Position numbers and translations under genes: made by a program | Notes under the pieces: model-generated | The model's database searches: none | The model's input: the letters and a program-made list of their open reading frames with translations, nothing else | Told to the model about the DNA's origin: nothing | Source of the DNA: Hemiscyllium ocellatum | Taxonomy: Eukaryota | Reading direction: 5' to 3' | Assembly: GCF_020745735.1 (NCBI RefSeq) | Contig: NC_083412.1 | Location: forward strand, 63,206,320-63,270,319 | Length of the DNA stretch: 64,000 nucleotides | Shown here: one piece after another, positions 26,248 through 40,311 of the stretch | How positions within the stretch are numbered: position 1 is the stretch's first letter | Layout of the letters: each line of letters opens with the position of its first letter

Positions 26248-26367
26248 AAAGACTGCTTTACTTGGTATTCACAGCAGTCTCCTATCTAACTACAAATGAA
26301 ACCTGATTGTGATCAGCTTCTGAGATCAGATGAGATCAGGTATCTTCAGACTATTATTAATGTAGGC
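26248..26367 (-). pseudogene. Degenerate full-length 5S rRNA copy
   Basis: The minus strand reads GCCTAC...CCTGATCTCATCTGATCTCAGAAGCT...GATAGGAGACTGCTGTGAATACCAAGT...GCAGTCTTT, colinear with vertebrate 5S over ~120 nt, with CpG-type substitutions. Confidence 0.85.
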
Positions 26368-28439
26368 TATATTCAGAGACATGGGAGGTCTGGTGTACTT
26401 CAAATGCAGGCAAATAAAGCAGATGAGAGAGACTTCTTGGAAATGAGTTATTGATATTTTCCTAATCAACCTGTTCAATGATGTTATTACCCACCTGTGA
26501 AGCAGATGGGACTTGTATGCAAGCCTCCTGGCTCAAGATAAGGATAGTACTATTGTACCACAAAAACCCTAACATCTGACACTTGATTACCATCTATCTT
26601 CAACCCTACTCAAGTTATGTTCCTTACTTCTGATGAAATCCCATTGTGATTGTAGTGTCTTTCTTTAACCTCCACTATTCTTCTGCTGGAGAATAGACAG
26701 GCTGCTCAGGCAGTACAAAAGGCACACAGCATCCATCTGCCAATATACAGACCAGAAACGAGAAACTGAGACAGTCCTTCTTCTACTCATATACTCACGT
26801 AGGCCGTAAATACATTGTTAATGATCTACAGGAAAGTAAAATTCGTAATTCCAGTTTTACGAGTTGAGGTCTGAGATGCACTTCTCTGTATCCCAGCCTC
26901 AGTTGCTTGGATGCCAAAAGAGAAAACACATCCCAACTAGGCAACCTCACCCTAAATTCCCTTCAAATCACTACAGAAATTTTAATCCTGCAGCAGGAAA
27001 ATATTTCTGTCACCCAAAATTGACAAGCTTCCAATTAGTGGCATTGAAATATGTTCAGAGTATACTAATAATATTAGGAATTTAATTTAATAATAATTTA
27101 GTACAATTTATGCTCATATTGGCAGGGTATTGTGAAGTTTTCCCAATTGTGCTCCTGAAGAAATCCCCAGGCTGGCATTTCAAATCGCACAGAGATAATC
27201 AAAACATCTAGCTTGTAATGCTGCCGCAAAATGCTGCTGATGACAGAAATGTGAGACACAAATAAAAAAAACTGGAAATGCTTAGCTCATGGAGAGTGAA
27301 ACCAAGTTTAATTATTCAGATTGATAACCTTGAAAAGGTCATCAGCCTGACATGTTAACTGTGTCTCTGTCCACAAATACTGTCAGACTGACTAAGTACT
27401 TCCAGCATTTACTGGTTTTATGGTACACACTGCTTGTGGTCAGTGAGACTATTCAATACTGATAATTTTCAGTAATATACTAAATTTCTTTCTTCAGTGT
27501 TGAAAGCAAGGCCATTTTGGTTTTAATCAAACTCCAAGAATCATGCAGGATTTCAGTTTATTTGTTAAACGCAACATTTTAATCACTTCTTGTCAGTCTC
27601 TCTAAACATATTTGAAGGGCTATTTGAAATTCTTATAGATTTATTCCATCACACAAGACACTGCAGTAAAAAAAGTTTTAATCTATGAGACACGAACTGA
27701 CCTATATGGTTTCATTCTTCTTAAATCATCTTAAAATTAAACTTTTGTAAGTGTTAAGAAAATCAGTAAATATGTTACTCCTTTATGTCCTGTTGAATTC
27801 ATTAGAAATGCAACTAAAAATGTTATTAGTATTTATTCAAAAAAGGGCATTTTATAAAATGAGAAATACCATTAAAATCTTTGTATTTTTCAAATATAGT
27901 TGCACCAGCATGAAGATTTTACTTGACAAGGATTTTGTACACTATTAAATATCAAGTAGTGTTTTCTGGATCACAAGATCTACTTGCTCTAATAATATTC
28001 AATGATCATTGAATGCTTTTGCTGAATGATTAATTTAATATGCAGTACACATATCCATAAGTTTTTACAACAGAAAAGTGCAACAAAAGTTAATATAAGG
28101 CTGGAAACAAAAGCAAACTTACTTTTAGAAAAATATTGTTGTTCAGTTTTGTCGTCCCTGCTTAGATCTGAATACTGCACATGCTCAGCTCATCAAGAGG
28201 TCACATTTATATTTAGATAAATGTGTTTGGTTTTAAAAATAAACCGAATTAGAGCTTTTGGAATGAGGTAAGTGATGTTTGGGATCCTAATAAACAACAA
28301 ACTATTAATGCCAAAACATTACTATTTCTTCTCTTGTTAAAGAACAAGGAGCAGAATCTTATGCTTTTATTCGGCTGCATACACTTGCTTTGAATTTTTT
28401 TGAAGGATTCAACATCATGTGGTCTAGTACGGTTTCTCT

Positions 28440-29900
28440 CCATATTTTACCCAAATCACCTCATTAATCGCCTACCACAGCCCATGGCTCTCTCACATCC
28501 AGTTTTCATACCATCTTACCATGCACCATTCCCAGTTCAACATGACACTCATCCGACAACCTGGAATTGACGAGAATTCCTTGCAGCTACAGCATCTTTA
28601 AAAGCCTGGTATTTATCCTGATGTGCCAGCAGGTACCTGGAAATTCTGTTAGATGGGTTAACATACATTGCAGGGCTGGTTTTGCCAAGATCAACAGTGG
28701 GCACCATAACACCAGACAATGCCAGTCTAGTCTGAGCTTTTCACCTGGATTAAGCACTCTCAGCCAGCTGGACGAATGCACAGCAATTTAGGAAGTTTAA
28801 GGTCCTTCTCCTTAATTGCCTTCATCTTCTCTCCAATACATCACACTCATCTGTTACTGCATCCACCTCTCACCAAGGCTCATGCTCTACCATTCTCATT
28901 AATGCCTGCACCATCTTCCCCACTTTCTTCCACCTCAACCCCAAGCATCACTAATCCTGCCTGCATGTCCGCTGCGCTGCCAGCTCACTCACACAAAATC
29001 CCTCCTTACATGCACCTAACGTAATAGTTGCGCTATCCAATTTTGTCTTCCATAATACCCACGATCTCTCATTCCATGAGGAATACAGCCCACATTAGGA
29101 CAGAGAGAATCAAGATAGATGGTGCACTGCCTGTCATTCAACTCCTCACCCCAGTCGACTCCTCATGCCAGACTCTGACCACCCAAGCAGGGTCTAGACT
29201 GCTATCAGAAGCTGTCTTTGACTTTGTGCCAGGAACTGCTGCATGAAAGCTATCCTCCTTGATTTGACTTGGAAGGTACAACTATGACAAGCTTCCTCGC
29301 ATTGTATCTGTGCTAAATCGCAAGGCAAGATAGCAGAAAAAGAGTCAGGCACCTCTGGCTGAGGGGGTAAAGTGCAAAAAGGCAAAGCAAGGCAATGCAA
29401 GGTAGGAATGCTGTAAAAATCCAGGTAGGTTCAGAGTGAGTAAGTGCTATGATAGTGAGCAAAGACCCTGGAGATGCATTCTGGTCCAGTCCATGAGCAA
29501 TGTGTGTGCCTGAGAATATAGTGCCCTTGTTGCAGCATTATAATGAAAGTTATTGTTGCAGTCTGAGATGCACTGAAGTGCAAGAGTGTCCTGTAAGTGA
29601 ATTGGAGATGTGCCATTCGGGTCCTTAGAGGCTGACTCATGTCAAATGCCAGTATCTGTGGATGTGGGGTGCATGTGGCTATATCCATGATGGTGTTGTT
29701 CCCATGTGTCCAACATGGATGTATGCAGCAAGCAGAGAGCTGAATCCACAGGTGTTTGCTCTGGTTTCCTTGTCAAGATGTCCCAATGTCTAGTTGATTG
29801 GTAAGTTTGGTAAGATGGGAGTCTGAATATTAATGAGCTGAGTTCTGGGATTAACAGGGCATTTAAAAGCAATAATGGCTGTCAATTGGCATCCCACAAC
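28440..29900. mobile_element. PIF/Harbinger transposon remnant (Myb/SANT-like ORF)
   Basis: ~29086-29152 reads AHIRTERIKIDGALPVIQLLTP, resembling the R..KTGGG.P...LTP tail of Harbinger Myb-like proteins. Confidence 0.5.
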
Positions 29901-31029
29901 TCACTAGCAAAAGGATTGCCATGCTACTTGTGAAAAACATAAAACTTGGAGTGAAATGACACAAGATTACACCCAAAGTCTTCTCAGCCACTACCAAACA
30001 TGTTGAATAGAAACGTCTCCCAGTAAGTTAAAGGTCAGCACCCATTCAGAATAATATCAGAATTTCAGGTACGAGGAATGAAACGCCAAACATTCATTTA
30101 AAAAAAAAATAATGAAAGTATTTTGAAGTACAAGAAGAAACTGGTTAAACAGAAGCACTTTCATTTTGTTGTTTATCTTGCAGGGTCAAATGTTCATTGA
30201 CTATATTACAAATTGAATCCTTAGCTTCTCCCAAAGCTTTGAGCTAGTAACAAAAGTAGGTAGCAGGATTATAAAAAGTGAAAACATTAAAAAGCAGATC
30301 AAATGAATTCAATACTGTTTAATGAAACACGAAAATGCTGCAAATATTCAAGAGCACAAGCAACATCTGTGGAGAAAGAAACAGAGCCAGCTTTTCAGGA
30401 TTACAGCCTATCATCAGTATTATGGAGCACAGAACTTCCACATTGGTAGCTGGTGGGACAGGTGGTCCTACATACAAAGCACACGATGAAAGATTTTGAA
30501 GGAGGAAGGACAGAAATCCTTGCCCTTAAAACCACATCTGCTCCTGGCATACAGATTATATCAGACTGTTCACAGTTAGGACATTTTGTTTAATACTGGC
30601 TCACAGTTCCATCTTTTGATAATCCCATTGACTAATGAAACCCTAAAGCATATATTTTTCTCCATCCAAACACGAATACTCCAAATAGCTCTTTGTCAGC
30701 CTCCTATTTCTACCTTTGTAAACTGCAAATCATTTAAAACCAGGATGTTGATACCCTATGGCCGTCAAATCCAAACTGACTCACGTCAGTTCTTGGTTCT
30801 TCAACACTTTAACTTTTGTTCTTCTTTTTGAATTTTATGGAAAATGTGTTCCAATTGTATAATTATCAGATAGTGAGTTCTAGATACCCACCACCCTCTG
30901 GGTGAAAACATTATTACTGAAAACCCCTTACTTTAATACTCTGCGCCATGGTTATTGACCATGTCATTCTACTAAGGAAAAATGTTTCTGCCTATCTATG
31001 CCCTTCATAATTTTGAACATAAAGTCATA

Positions 31030-31470
31030 ATCATAGAGATGTACGGCATGGAACAGACCTTTTGGTCCAGCTCGTCCATGCCGACCAGATATCCCAAATT
31101 AATCTATTCCCATTTCCCACCCATTTTAAATGTTCAAATGTTGGAGTTGTACCAGCCTCCACCACTTCCTCTGGCAGCCCATTCCACACATGCACCACCC
31201 TTTATGTGAAAAGTTGCCCCTTAGGTCCCTTTTAAATCTTTCCCCTCTCACACTAAACCAATGCCCTCTTGTTCTGGACTCTCCCAACCCAGGGAAAAGA
31301 CCTTGTTTATTTACCTTATCCATGCCTTTCATGATTTTATAAACCTCTAAAAGGTCACCCCTCAGCCTCTGATGCTCTACCTTAGTCTTTCCCAGTAGCT
31401 CAAACTCTCCAACCCTGGCAACATCCCTGTAAATATTTTCTGAACCTTTACAAGATTCACACCATCTCAC
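31030..31470 (-). mobile_element. CR1-type LINE 3' end
   Basis: RLRGDLLEVYKIMKGMDKVN...RTRGH motif. Confidence 0.85.
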
Positions 31471-31559
31471 TCAGTTTCTCCCTACCACTCACTCTTCTCT
31501 GCTAGAAGGAAAACATCTCCAGTTTCTCTTCATAACTGAAACAATCATGAAACAACTAT

Positions 31560-31859
31560 GGGCGGCACGGTGGCACAGTGGTTAGCACTGCTGCCTCACA
31601 GCGCCTGTAGATCCGGGTTCAATTCCCGACTCAGGCGACTGACTGTGTGGAGTTTGCACGTTCTCCCCGTGTCTGCGTGGGTTTCCTCCGGGTGCTCCGG
31701 TTTCCTCCCACAGTCACAAAGATGTGCGGGTCAGGTGAATTGGCCAAGCTAAATTGCCCGTAGCGTTAGGTAAGGGGTGGGTTGCGCTTCGGCGGGTCGG
31801 TGTGGACTTGTTGGGCCGAAGGGCCTGTTTCCACACTGTAAGTCTAATCTAATCTAATC
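31560..31859 (+). mobile_element. HE1-type SINE, young copy
   Basis: Full head, body and (ctaat)n tail; CpGs are retained. Confidence 0.9.
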
Positions 31860-33368
31860 CAGCCCAGGCAATATCCTGGTGAATCTCCGCTGCACTCTCT
31901 CTAGTGCAATCCCTCAGAACTTGTTTTTAGCTGTCCTGTCACACCTTTCCTTTGGCCAGAGAGGATTTGAAAATGAATATCATGGCGCTGTAATCTCCTA
32001 CCTTACTTTGGCAGAATAGTCCTGGTCTTGTATTACGCTGATACGCACTCTATATACAAATGGAAGAACAATTACAGACAAAGGATAGGATCCAAATACT
32101 GCAGAGTATGCAAAGGAATATGCATCATACAAAGGAAATGGCATGTCAAATGGGGAAAAACATATGCACACACTTTTATGGCTAAAGCTACAGATGACCT
32201 CAGGAGAAATACCAGCTGAAGATCCTGACAAATCATTCTACATCATACAAAAGATCGATTCAGTCAAGTCATTAGTTGAGACTTTTTTTTAAGACTATTG
32301 GAATGATTACTGCAGAAGGAGAACATAAGGTCAACACAAAGCATCAGATAGGCACCAGTACATCATGCAACATCATTACCTTCACAAATCTGTGTAAAGT
32401 GGCTCAACATGATGATCCAAAATGAACCCCACAAAAGTAAGAATGAGGCTACATGATGGTATCATATTCACGCTGAGAAAACAGATTGTTCTGTGATCAT
32501 AGTGCAATAATGTGAAAGAAGACCTCAAGACCCAGATCATAAGTGGCAAGCAAAGGCCATTCATCTCAGCTGGAGCAAGTCTAAGGCTTAGACTGCTAGC
32601 CCCTCAATATGATCGAAGAGACTTGCAATGTGTTACAGCACATTAAACCATTGACTCTGAAACAGTTCCTACAAGAGTTCAATGAGGTGTTTATAAGGTT
32701 AGGATGTCTTTCAGGTGAATATCATCTTGAAGTAGATGAGAATGTAAGATCAATTCTGCACGTGCTGATGGGAATTTTAGCTGTCTTCAAGGCCAGTCTG
32801 AAAAATAAGCAAGAGAGCTGGAAAAGCAAATAATAATAGAGAAAGTGACTACATTATGGATTAGCAGCTTAGCAGATGTAAAACAATTTGAAAAGCTGAG
32901 TGAACATCAATTCAAAAGATCTAAATAAAGTTTTGAAGCGATCATGCTAACCCATGCCAAGCATCAAAGGAACTTTGTCATAATTTTAAATGGCAAAGGG
33001 TCTGTTTCCGTGCTGTACATCTCTATATCTCTATGTTTTCACTACATATGCAGATGTTTACTGTTTTGTCAAGTGAAACTGAATGATATCTGCAACATTC
33101 TGACCACATACTGGATGCCCTTCGGAAGCTACAGATGGTTGTGCGTGCCAGTTGGTATATCCATGACACCAGGTCAATGCAGACAACGTAGGATGGATAA
33201 TAATTTTCTGGAGTGAAAGCTGTAGTGGATGGTCTGCTAGTTTATGGATGCAGAAATATACTGAAGAAGCCATTGCTGTTCATGATCAAAACGCAGTGTG
33301 ATTGCTATAGAGTTCACCAGTTAAACTTGAAGCTGAACAAGATAGAATCATAATTAAAGATGCCCAAA

Positions 33369-33868
33369 GTCATAGAGTCATAGGGATGTACAGCATGGAA
33401 ACAGACCCTTCAGTCCAACCCGTCCATGCTGACCAGATATCCCAACCCAATCTAGTCTCACCTGCCAGCACCAAGCCAATATCCCTCCAAATCCTTCCAA
33501 TTCATATACCCATCCAAATGCCTCTTAAATATTGCAATTGTACCAGCCTCCACCACTTCCTTTGGCAGTTCATTCCATACACGTACCACTCTGTGTGGAA
33601 AAAGTTGCCCTGTAGGTCTCTTTTATGTCTTTCCTCTCTCACCTTAAACCTATGCCCTCTAGTTCTGGACCCCCGACCCCAGGGAAAAGACTTTGCCTAT
33701 TTACCCTATCCATGCCGCTCATAATTTTGTAAACCTCTATAAGGTCACCCCTCAGCCTCCGATGCTCCAGGGAAAACAGCCCCAGCCTGTTAAGCCTCTC
33801 CCTATAGCTCAAATCCTCCAACCCTGACAACATCCTTGTAAATCTTTTCTAAACCCTTTCAAGTTTCA
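33369..33868 (-). mobile_element. CR1 3' fragment inside the Gypsy RT
   Basis: LSYRERLNRLGLFSLEHRRLRGDLIEVYKIM and a ctatgactctatgac tail. Confidence 0.9.
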
Positions 33869-34664
33869 GGACATAGACTGACAACAAAATGACTTCACCC
33901 AGATCCCAAGAACTGTAGCAGCAAAGCAACAAACAACTGATGTTAAAGCATTGCAATGGTTTGCTGGTTTTGCCAACCATTTGACAAAATTCTTGCCCAA
34001 TTTGTCTTTGGAGTGTGAACCACTACACTAACTCTTGGCCAAGGTCATGCTACAGTATAGCAGCAGTGACCACAAAGCAGCATTCACTAAAACCAAAGAA
34101 CAAGTGACCAGTATTGCAATTCCATGAAATTATTGATTAAATCTTCCTGTAATGAACTGCCAGCGAGATAGGACTTGAAGAAACTCCTACTGCATCAAGA
34201 ACAACTTTGCATTTGTATCCAAAGTATTAACATAACCAGAACAAGACCATGCTCAGAGTGAGAAAAAAAGTGTCTGGCTATTGTCTTTGCTTGTAAACAT
34301 TTTCATCAATATCTACTAGGAGAAGACAAAGTGATAGTCGAGTCTGACTAGAAGCCATTTGAAAGCATTTTTTTCAAGCCCTTGCCATCCAAAAGTATTT
34401 TCAAACCATGTTATTATGGTTATAGAAATACCATCTGGATGGTATTTCCCAATACATTTCCAATGAAGAAAGTAAAGGGTGCTTTGACAGTGTAAAATTT
34501 TGTAAGTACAATGTGAAGCAGCAGCTCATCATTCTCTGGAAGTTGTGAACTCAGCAAGGATATTGCATATAGCAGACAATTTTTTTTTCTCATATCAAGG
34601 AAACTACCTAACAAATTCCATCTTCCCAAAATGTTACAAGAAGTAGTGATGGAATGAAAGCCTG

Positions 34665-35385
34665 TGTTACAACATGATGGTGAACCTATCTGCTAAATAA
34701 ACCAAACACACAGAAAAGCTCACCTCGCCTTGTAATCTGTTAAATTATGAGTGACAGAGAACTAATATCAATTTTATTCTTTAATGCTAAAAGTGAACAT
34801 TAAACAACTCTAAACCACCTTTTTCTTAAAAGTCTGTTATCTAATTCTAAATCTATAGCAATGTCCTAATCCAATAAAAGCCCCTATTAAAATTACATCA
34901 ACTTAATTTTCAAAACCAGACAGTGGCTGTCATAGTCAGCATCTGTCTTCCTCTGGTTGTAGATCTCACTGCGTCCCTTCTGCCTTTTGTTGCAAAGATA
35001 TTTCATATGAGAAAGGTACTTTTGATAGAGAGTGTTTTGAATGGCAGTCTCTCTCTCTCTAGATGGCAGGTTGCCGCTCGCTCTCTGGCTTTCAAAGTAT
35101 CTGCTTTTTTTAAATACCCCAAACATCAGATCGTCTCATTGGTTTAATGCTGTCAAAATAGTAAAATTCAAATTTGATTGGGTTTTAGTATCCAGAGTCA
35201 TAATTTAAACTAGTAAAATTTGAACTGTTGTGAACACAGCAGCCAAATGTTACGTATTTTCAATTTTCCAGTGTACACTCTGAGACTGCTAGTCAGTCAC
35301 ATATCAAGTGCCTGCAAGCTCACACTGCCAAAAAAAAGTTTCACTCTCTTTTAAAGATATAATTCACATCTTCAACTTCGTAACA
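34665..35385. mobile_element. Solo LTR
   Basis: TGTTAC...GTAACA inverted termini flanked by cctg/cttg, a 4-bp TSD with one mismatch. Confidence 0.7.
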
Positions 35386-35454
35386 CTTGAAAGCATCAAG
35401 CACACACCTATTGATATAAGAGCATGTTGGGCATACAGAAATGAATTGACAACC

Positions 35455-38400
35455 TGTCATGGAAATTAAATTTGACTCGACTCAACTATTGGCAAAAGCA
35501 AAGAAAAGAGCTTTTTTTTAACCTCTACATTGCAGAGGGACCACATGCACTCAGCAAAAAATGCCTTGTGCAAGGGCCTTAAGCATAATTCAGATACTCA
35601 TCTTATACTGTTTCTTAACATGCTCTCAAGGACAAAGACTGTGAAGATTTGAGTTGTTATTCTTTTCACTCCCTTGTTGTGGACATACTGTTCTTATAGT
35701 TTTCTCTTGTTGAATGTTTACAAAGTTCCGGAGAGACAAGCTGTCCCTCAACTGCAGACTTCAGCAAAGTGTCAGAAAGTTTTAAATTTAGTAAAGTATT
35801 GTCTTTCAGATTTCAAAGCAAATGGATTTCAGAGTAAATGTCAATTTTGTTAATTTTCCATTACATTTTCCCCATTTTTGTCATTTTGTGAAAATCAGGA
35901 CAACAAAAAAGAGTCAGATTTTTAAAAATCTACAGAGCCAGATAGCTAAAAATCAGTGATCTTACAGCTGTCTGTGTTGTAAGGAACATTTGAAACAGTC
36001 GCAGCCAACTCTTCGTATTTCAGTTTTTGCTCCTGAAGTCTTTCATCACTATACAGTCTCCAGGTTCTAGATCATGCAGCTTCCCTTCTTCTGGGTGGGG
36101 TAGTGCTGCTTTCACTTGATTCTGTATTTCAGACAAAAGTGTGGAGAGTTTCATACAGTAACACAATATCTGATCCTCACACTGGCCTGTTATCTGCCTT
36201 ACCTTAGGTCTTGGGTCAATTCCTGTATTGGGCAGCCTACCAAACAAAATCTCAAACGGGCTAAGATTAGCTCTTCCTTTCCTCCTAGATCTCATATACA
36301 TTAGCACAATTGGAAGTGCCTTTGTCCATGTCACCCCTAGTTCCTCACAACATTGTGTCAATTTATTTTTTAGGGTAGCATTTTCTCTTTCCACTGCCCC
36401 ACCTCTCGCTGGATGATAGACACAGTGTTGTCTCATGATTATTCCCAAATAATCACTGACCTTGCTGTAAGGCATTACTGACAAATGGTGTCCCATTGTC
36501 ACTACTATGCCTTTCAGGGATGCCCCTGTATCTACCAAAAAAGGTAACTGAGGTATCTTCCATATATAACATTGAGGTAGGCATTGACTTATACGCATCA
36601 TCATTGTACTGAACATATGGTCCATGCTCTGGAATCTCAGCACTTAATATGGGGGTAGGACTTGTTTCAGTGCCCGTAAGGTGCCAATTGAGGCTGTCTG
36701 TGTGGGCACTGTCTCGCCTAAAGGTCCATTGTTCCGCAAACAAAGCACCCACCAGATCTTCCTCTGCCAGCCATCTTCCTCTCTCTTTTTCCACAGCACC
36801 TCCCTCCAACGGCTAGGTGACCATTCACATCATGGTAAGCTGAGCTTTATGTGCTTGCTGTTCCATCTTTAGTTTCTGCTTATCCTTCTCATGGGCCAGC
36901 AGGTTTTCGGCATGTATCGCACATTGTTCTATCAAATTCAGCTTTCCCATGTCCCAGGTAATACATGTGTCCTATACCCTTCTTCGCTATTTCACCTTTT
37001 ATTCCATTGGGTTGTTACAAATATATCAAGGACAAAAGGGTAACTAGGGAGAGAATAGGGTCCCTCAAAGATCAGCAAGGCAGTCTTTGTGTGGAGCCAC
37101 AGAAAATGGGGGAGATACTAAATGAATATTTTGCATCAATATTTACAGTGGAAAAGGATATGGAAGATATAGACTGTAGGGAAATAGATGGTGACATCTT
37201 ACAAAATGTCCAGATTACAGAGGAGGAAGTGCTGGATGTCCTGAAATGGTTAAAGGTGGATAAAACCCCAGGACCTGATCAGGTGTACCCGAGAGTTCTG
37301 TGGGAAGCTAGAAAAGTGATTGCTGGGTCCCTTGCTGAGATATTTGTACCATCGATAGGCACAGGTGAGGTGCCAGAAGACTGAAGGTTGGCTAACGTGG
37401 TGCCACTGTTTAAGAAGGGCGGTAAAGACAAGCCAGGGAACTATAGACCAGTGAGCGTGACCTCAGTGGTGGGCAAGTTGTTGGAGGGAATCCTGAGGGA
37501 CAGAATGTACATGTATTTGGAAAGGCAAGGACTGATTTGGGACAGTCAACATGGCTTTGTGCATGGGAAATCATGTCTCACAAACTTGATTGAGTTTTTT
37601 GATGAAGTAACAAAGAACATTGATGAGGACAGAACAGTGGATGTGATCTATATGGACTTCAGTAAGGCGTTCGACAAGGTTCCCCATGGGAGGCTCATTA
37701 GCAAGGTTAGATCTCATGGAATACAGGGAGAACTAGCCATTTGGATACAGAACTGGCTCAAAGGTAGAAGACAGAGGGTGGTGGTGGAGGGTTGTTTTTC
37801 AGACTGGAGGCCTGTGAACAGTGGAGTGCCACAAGGATCGGTGCTGGGTCCTCTATTTTTTGTCATTTACATAAATGATTTGGATGCAAGCATAAGACAT
37901 ACAGTTAGTAAGTTTGCAGATGACACCAAGATTGGAGGTGTAGTGGACAGCAAAGAGGGTTACCTCAGAGTACAACAGGATCTGGACCAGATGGGCCAAT
38001 GGGCTGAGAAGTGACAGATGGAGTTTAATTCAGATAAATGCGAGGTGCTGCATTTTGGGAAAGCAAATCTTAGCAGGACTTATACACTTAATGGTAAGGT
38101 CCTAGGGAGTGTTGCTGAACAAAGAGACCTTAGAGTGCAGGTTCATAGCTCCTTGAAAGTGGAGTCGCATGTTGATAGGATAGTGAAGAAGGCATTTGGT
38201 ATGCTTTCCTTTATTGGTCAGAGTATTGAGTACAGGAGTTGGAAGGTCATGTTGCGGCTGTACAAGACATTGGTTAGGCCACTGTTGAAATATTGTATGC
38301 AATTCTGGTCTCCTTCCTATTGGAAAGAGGTTGTGAAACTTGAAATGGTTCAGAAAAGATTTACAAGGATGTTGCCAGGGTTGGTGGATCTGAGCTACAG

Positions 38401-40311
38401 GGGGAGGGTAAACAGGCTGGAGCTGTTTTCCCTGGAGCGTCGGAGGCTAAGGGGTGGCCTTATAGAGGTTTACAAAATTATGAGGGGCATGGATAGGATA
38501 AATAGACAAAGTTTTTTTTCCCTGGGGTCAGGGAGTCCAGAACTAGAGGGCAAAGGTTTAAGGTGAGAGGGGAAAGATATAAAAGGCACCTCAGGGGCAA
38601 CTTTTTCATGCAGAGGGTGGTACATGTATGGAATGAACTACCAGAGGACGTGGTGGAGGCTGGTACAATTGCAACATTTAAGAGGCATTTGGATGGGTAT
38701 ATGAATAGGAAGGGTTTGAAGGGATATGGTCCGGTTGCTGGCAGGTGGGACTAGATTGGGTTGGAATATCTGGTCGGCATGGACGGGTTGGACCGAAGGG
38801 TCTGTTTTCGTGCTGTACGTCTCTATGACTCTATGATGAAGCTGTTCCTCAGGGTGCTTCATACGCTGTGATTTCTGCTGCCGTTATGTTGTCGGGTGGT
38901 CTCAGTCCACGATGGACATTATGGACTTCAGTGAGTCGCGTAAGGTACTGGGACACTGTCTCACCTTGTCCTGTTTACACATTGCTATTTTGGTCATGTC
39001 CATTTGCACTGGGAATGCCTCCCAGGCGATCGCCAGCACTGCAACAAAAGCATTAAAGTCTCTGTTCTGCTCCACTAGCAGGTTGGGTACTCTGGCATGG
39101 ACGTTTACGGCTGGTCATTTATACTTCTCTTGGGTTTCTTGTTTCAATCTGTTGCGGGTACAGCAGGCTATTAGTGATTCAGCAGACCCTGAGGCGGCAG
39201 CTGCTGACATGTAACCTTCGCCAGGCGGATCTCATGGGGGGCCGTAGGTCTCAGAGGGCAGTCATCAAGGTCAGGATCTGAAACAGACTTAAGATATTGT
39301 ACAGCTTCATTAGGTTGTTTCTCGCACGCGTCTGCATATGAGCTGGTGTTTGCATGTGTATTTGTTCTATCCTTTACTTGAGATTTCCTTTCTCTGATAT
39401 CAGCCTCAGCCTTCCACATGTTATAAGCACTCCAATTCACAGGTTCTATTTTTCCCTTCCTTTTCTCCTTCTCTCTTTCTTCCAACCTCGACCTCAATAT
39501 TTCCAACTGCCTTTTACTAAAGCTTCCTCTCTCCGGAAAACCACATTCCTTAATCCACAATTCTAACTGCTTTACAGACTACGGGTCGTAATTATTTAGC
39601 ATGTATTTTTGGTTGGCCATTCCAAGTCCTCTGTAGACCCTCTTTTTGTTTGCTCTTGCCAGAGCCCATTTTCAATGTTACTAGAAAGGTGTTCAACTCT
39701 CTCTCTCTCTCGTGGTACCATTATCTTTTCCCCTTTACTTGCTTTTTACTTCCGGAGGTCTCCTCTCACATTGGGCACGTCCGCCTGAATGCCTTGGTTT
39801 TCGTAAACCAAGAAACCATGTACCCGGTATGTCTTTGGCGAGTCCAACTCAGCCAGTGGTGGTTCCAAGTCTAAAATCACCCTTAAACTTGCTGTCTCTA
39901 AAACACTCTAGAGACAGCAATCCTTTCCCTTGAGATTTGCTCAAATACTGCGCAAGAGTTTACTAAACCCTTTTTCAGATTCATTTATTCTCTTAGAATG
40001 AGTTTCTATATAGAATTACTTAAGCCACGACTCTTACCCCGACCACTTGTGCAAGGGCCCTCAGCATAATTCAGATACTCTCAAGGACAAAGACTGTGAA
40101 GATTTGAGTTGTTATTTTTTCATTCCCTTATTGTGGACATACTGTGCTTATATTTTTCTCATGTTGAATGTTTACAAAGTTCCGCAGAGACAAGCTGTCC
40201 CTCGACGGCAGACTTCAACAAAGGTGCAAAGTGTCAGAAAGTTTTAAATTTAGTAAAACATTGTCTTTCAGATTTCAGAGTAAATGTTAATTTTGTTAAT
40301 TTTCCATTACA
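35455..40311 (-). mobile_element. Internally deleted endogenous retrovirus (gamma/epsilon-like, class I)
   Basis: Direct repeats at 40047-40311 and 35455-35865 with TGTAATGGAAA...TTTCCATGACA termini; polypurine tract before the 3' LTR; 5-bp TSD caacc/taacc. Gag remnants MGSGKSK, GFPERGSFS and PTAP. Integrase remnants SDNGTPF, YHPARGGAVEREN.TLK and LSPFEILFGR. Confidence 0.85.
37009..38836 (+). mobile_element. 5'-truncated CR1/HER1-type LINE, fairly young, inside the ERV
   Basis: Near-continuous ORF2 RT (PGNYRPVS, QHGF, DFSKAFDKV, GVPQGSVLGP, FADDTK) broken by point stops and a late frameshift; ctatgactctatga tail. Confidence 0.95.

Noticed and set aside
26790-26960. Non-coding first exon or promoter of FBXO40 (minus-strand donor gtgagta near 26797)
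   Set aside because: Only a donor-like motif is present, with no supporting promoter evidence, so it cannot be placed.
36965-38754. Active reverse transcriptase gene or a novel RT system
   Set aside because: It is an ordinary 5'-truncated CR1 ORF2 with in-frame stops.
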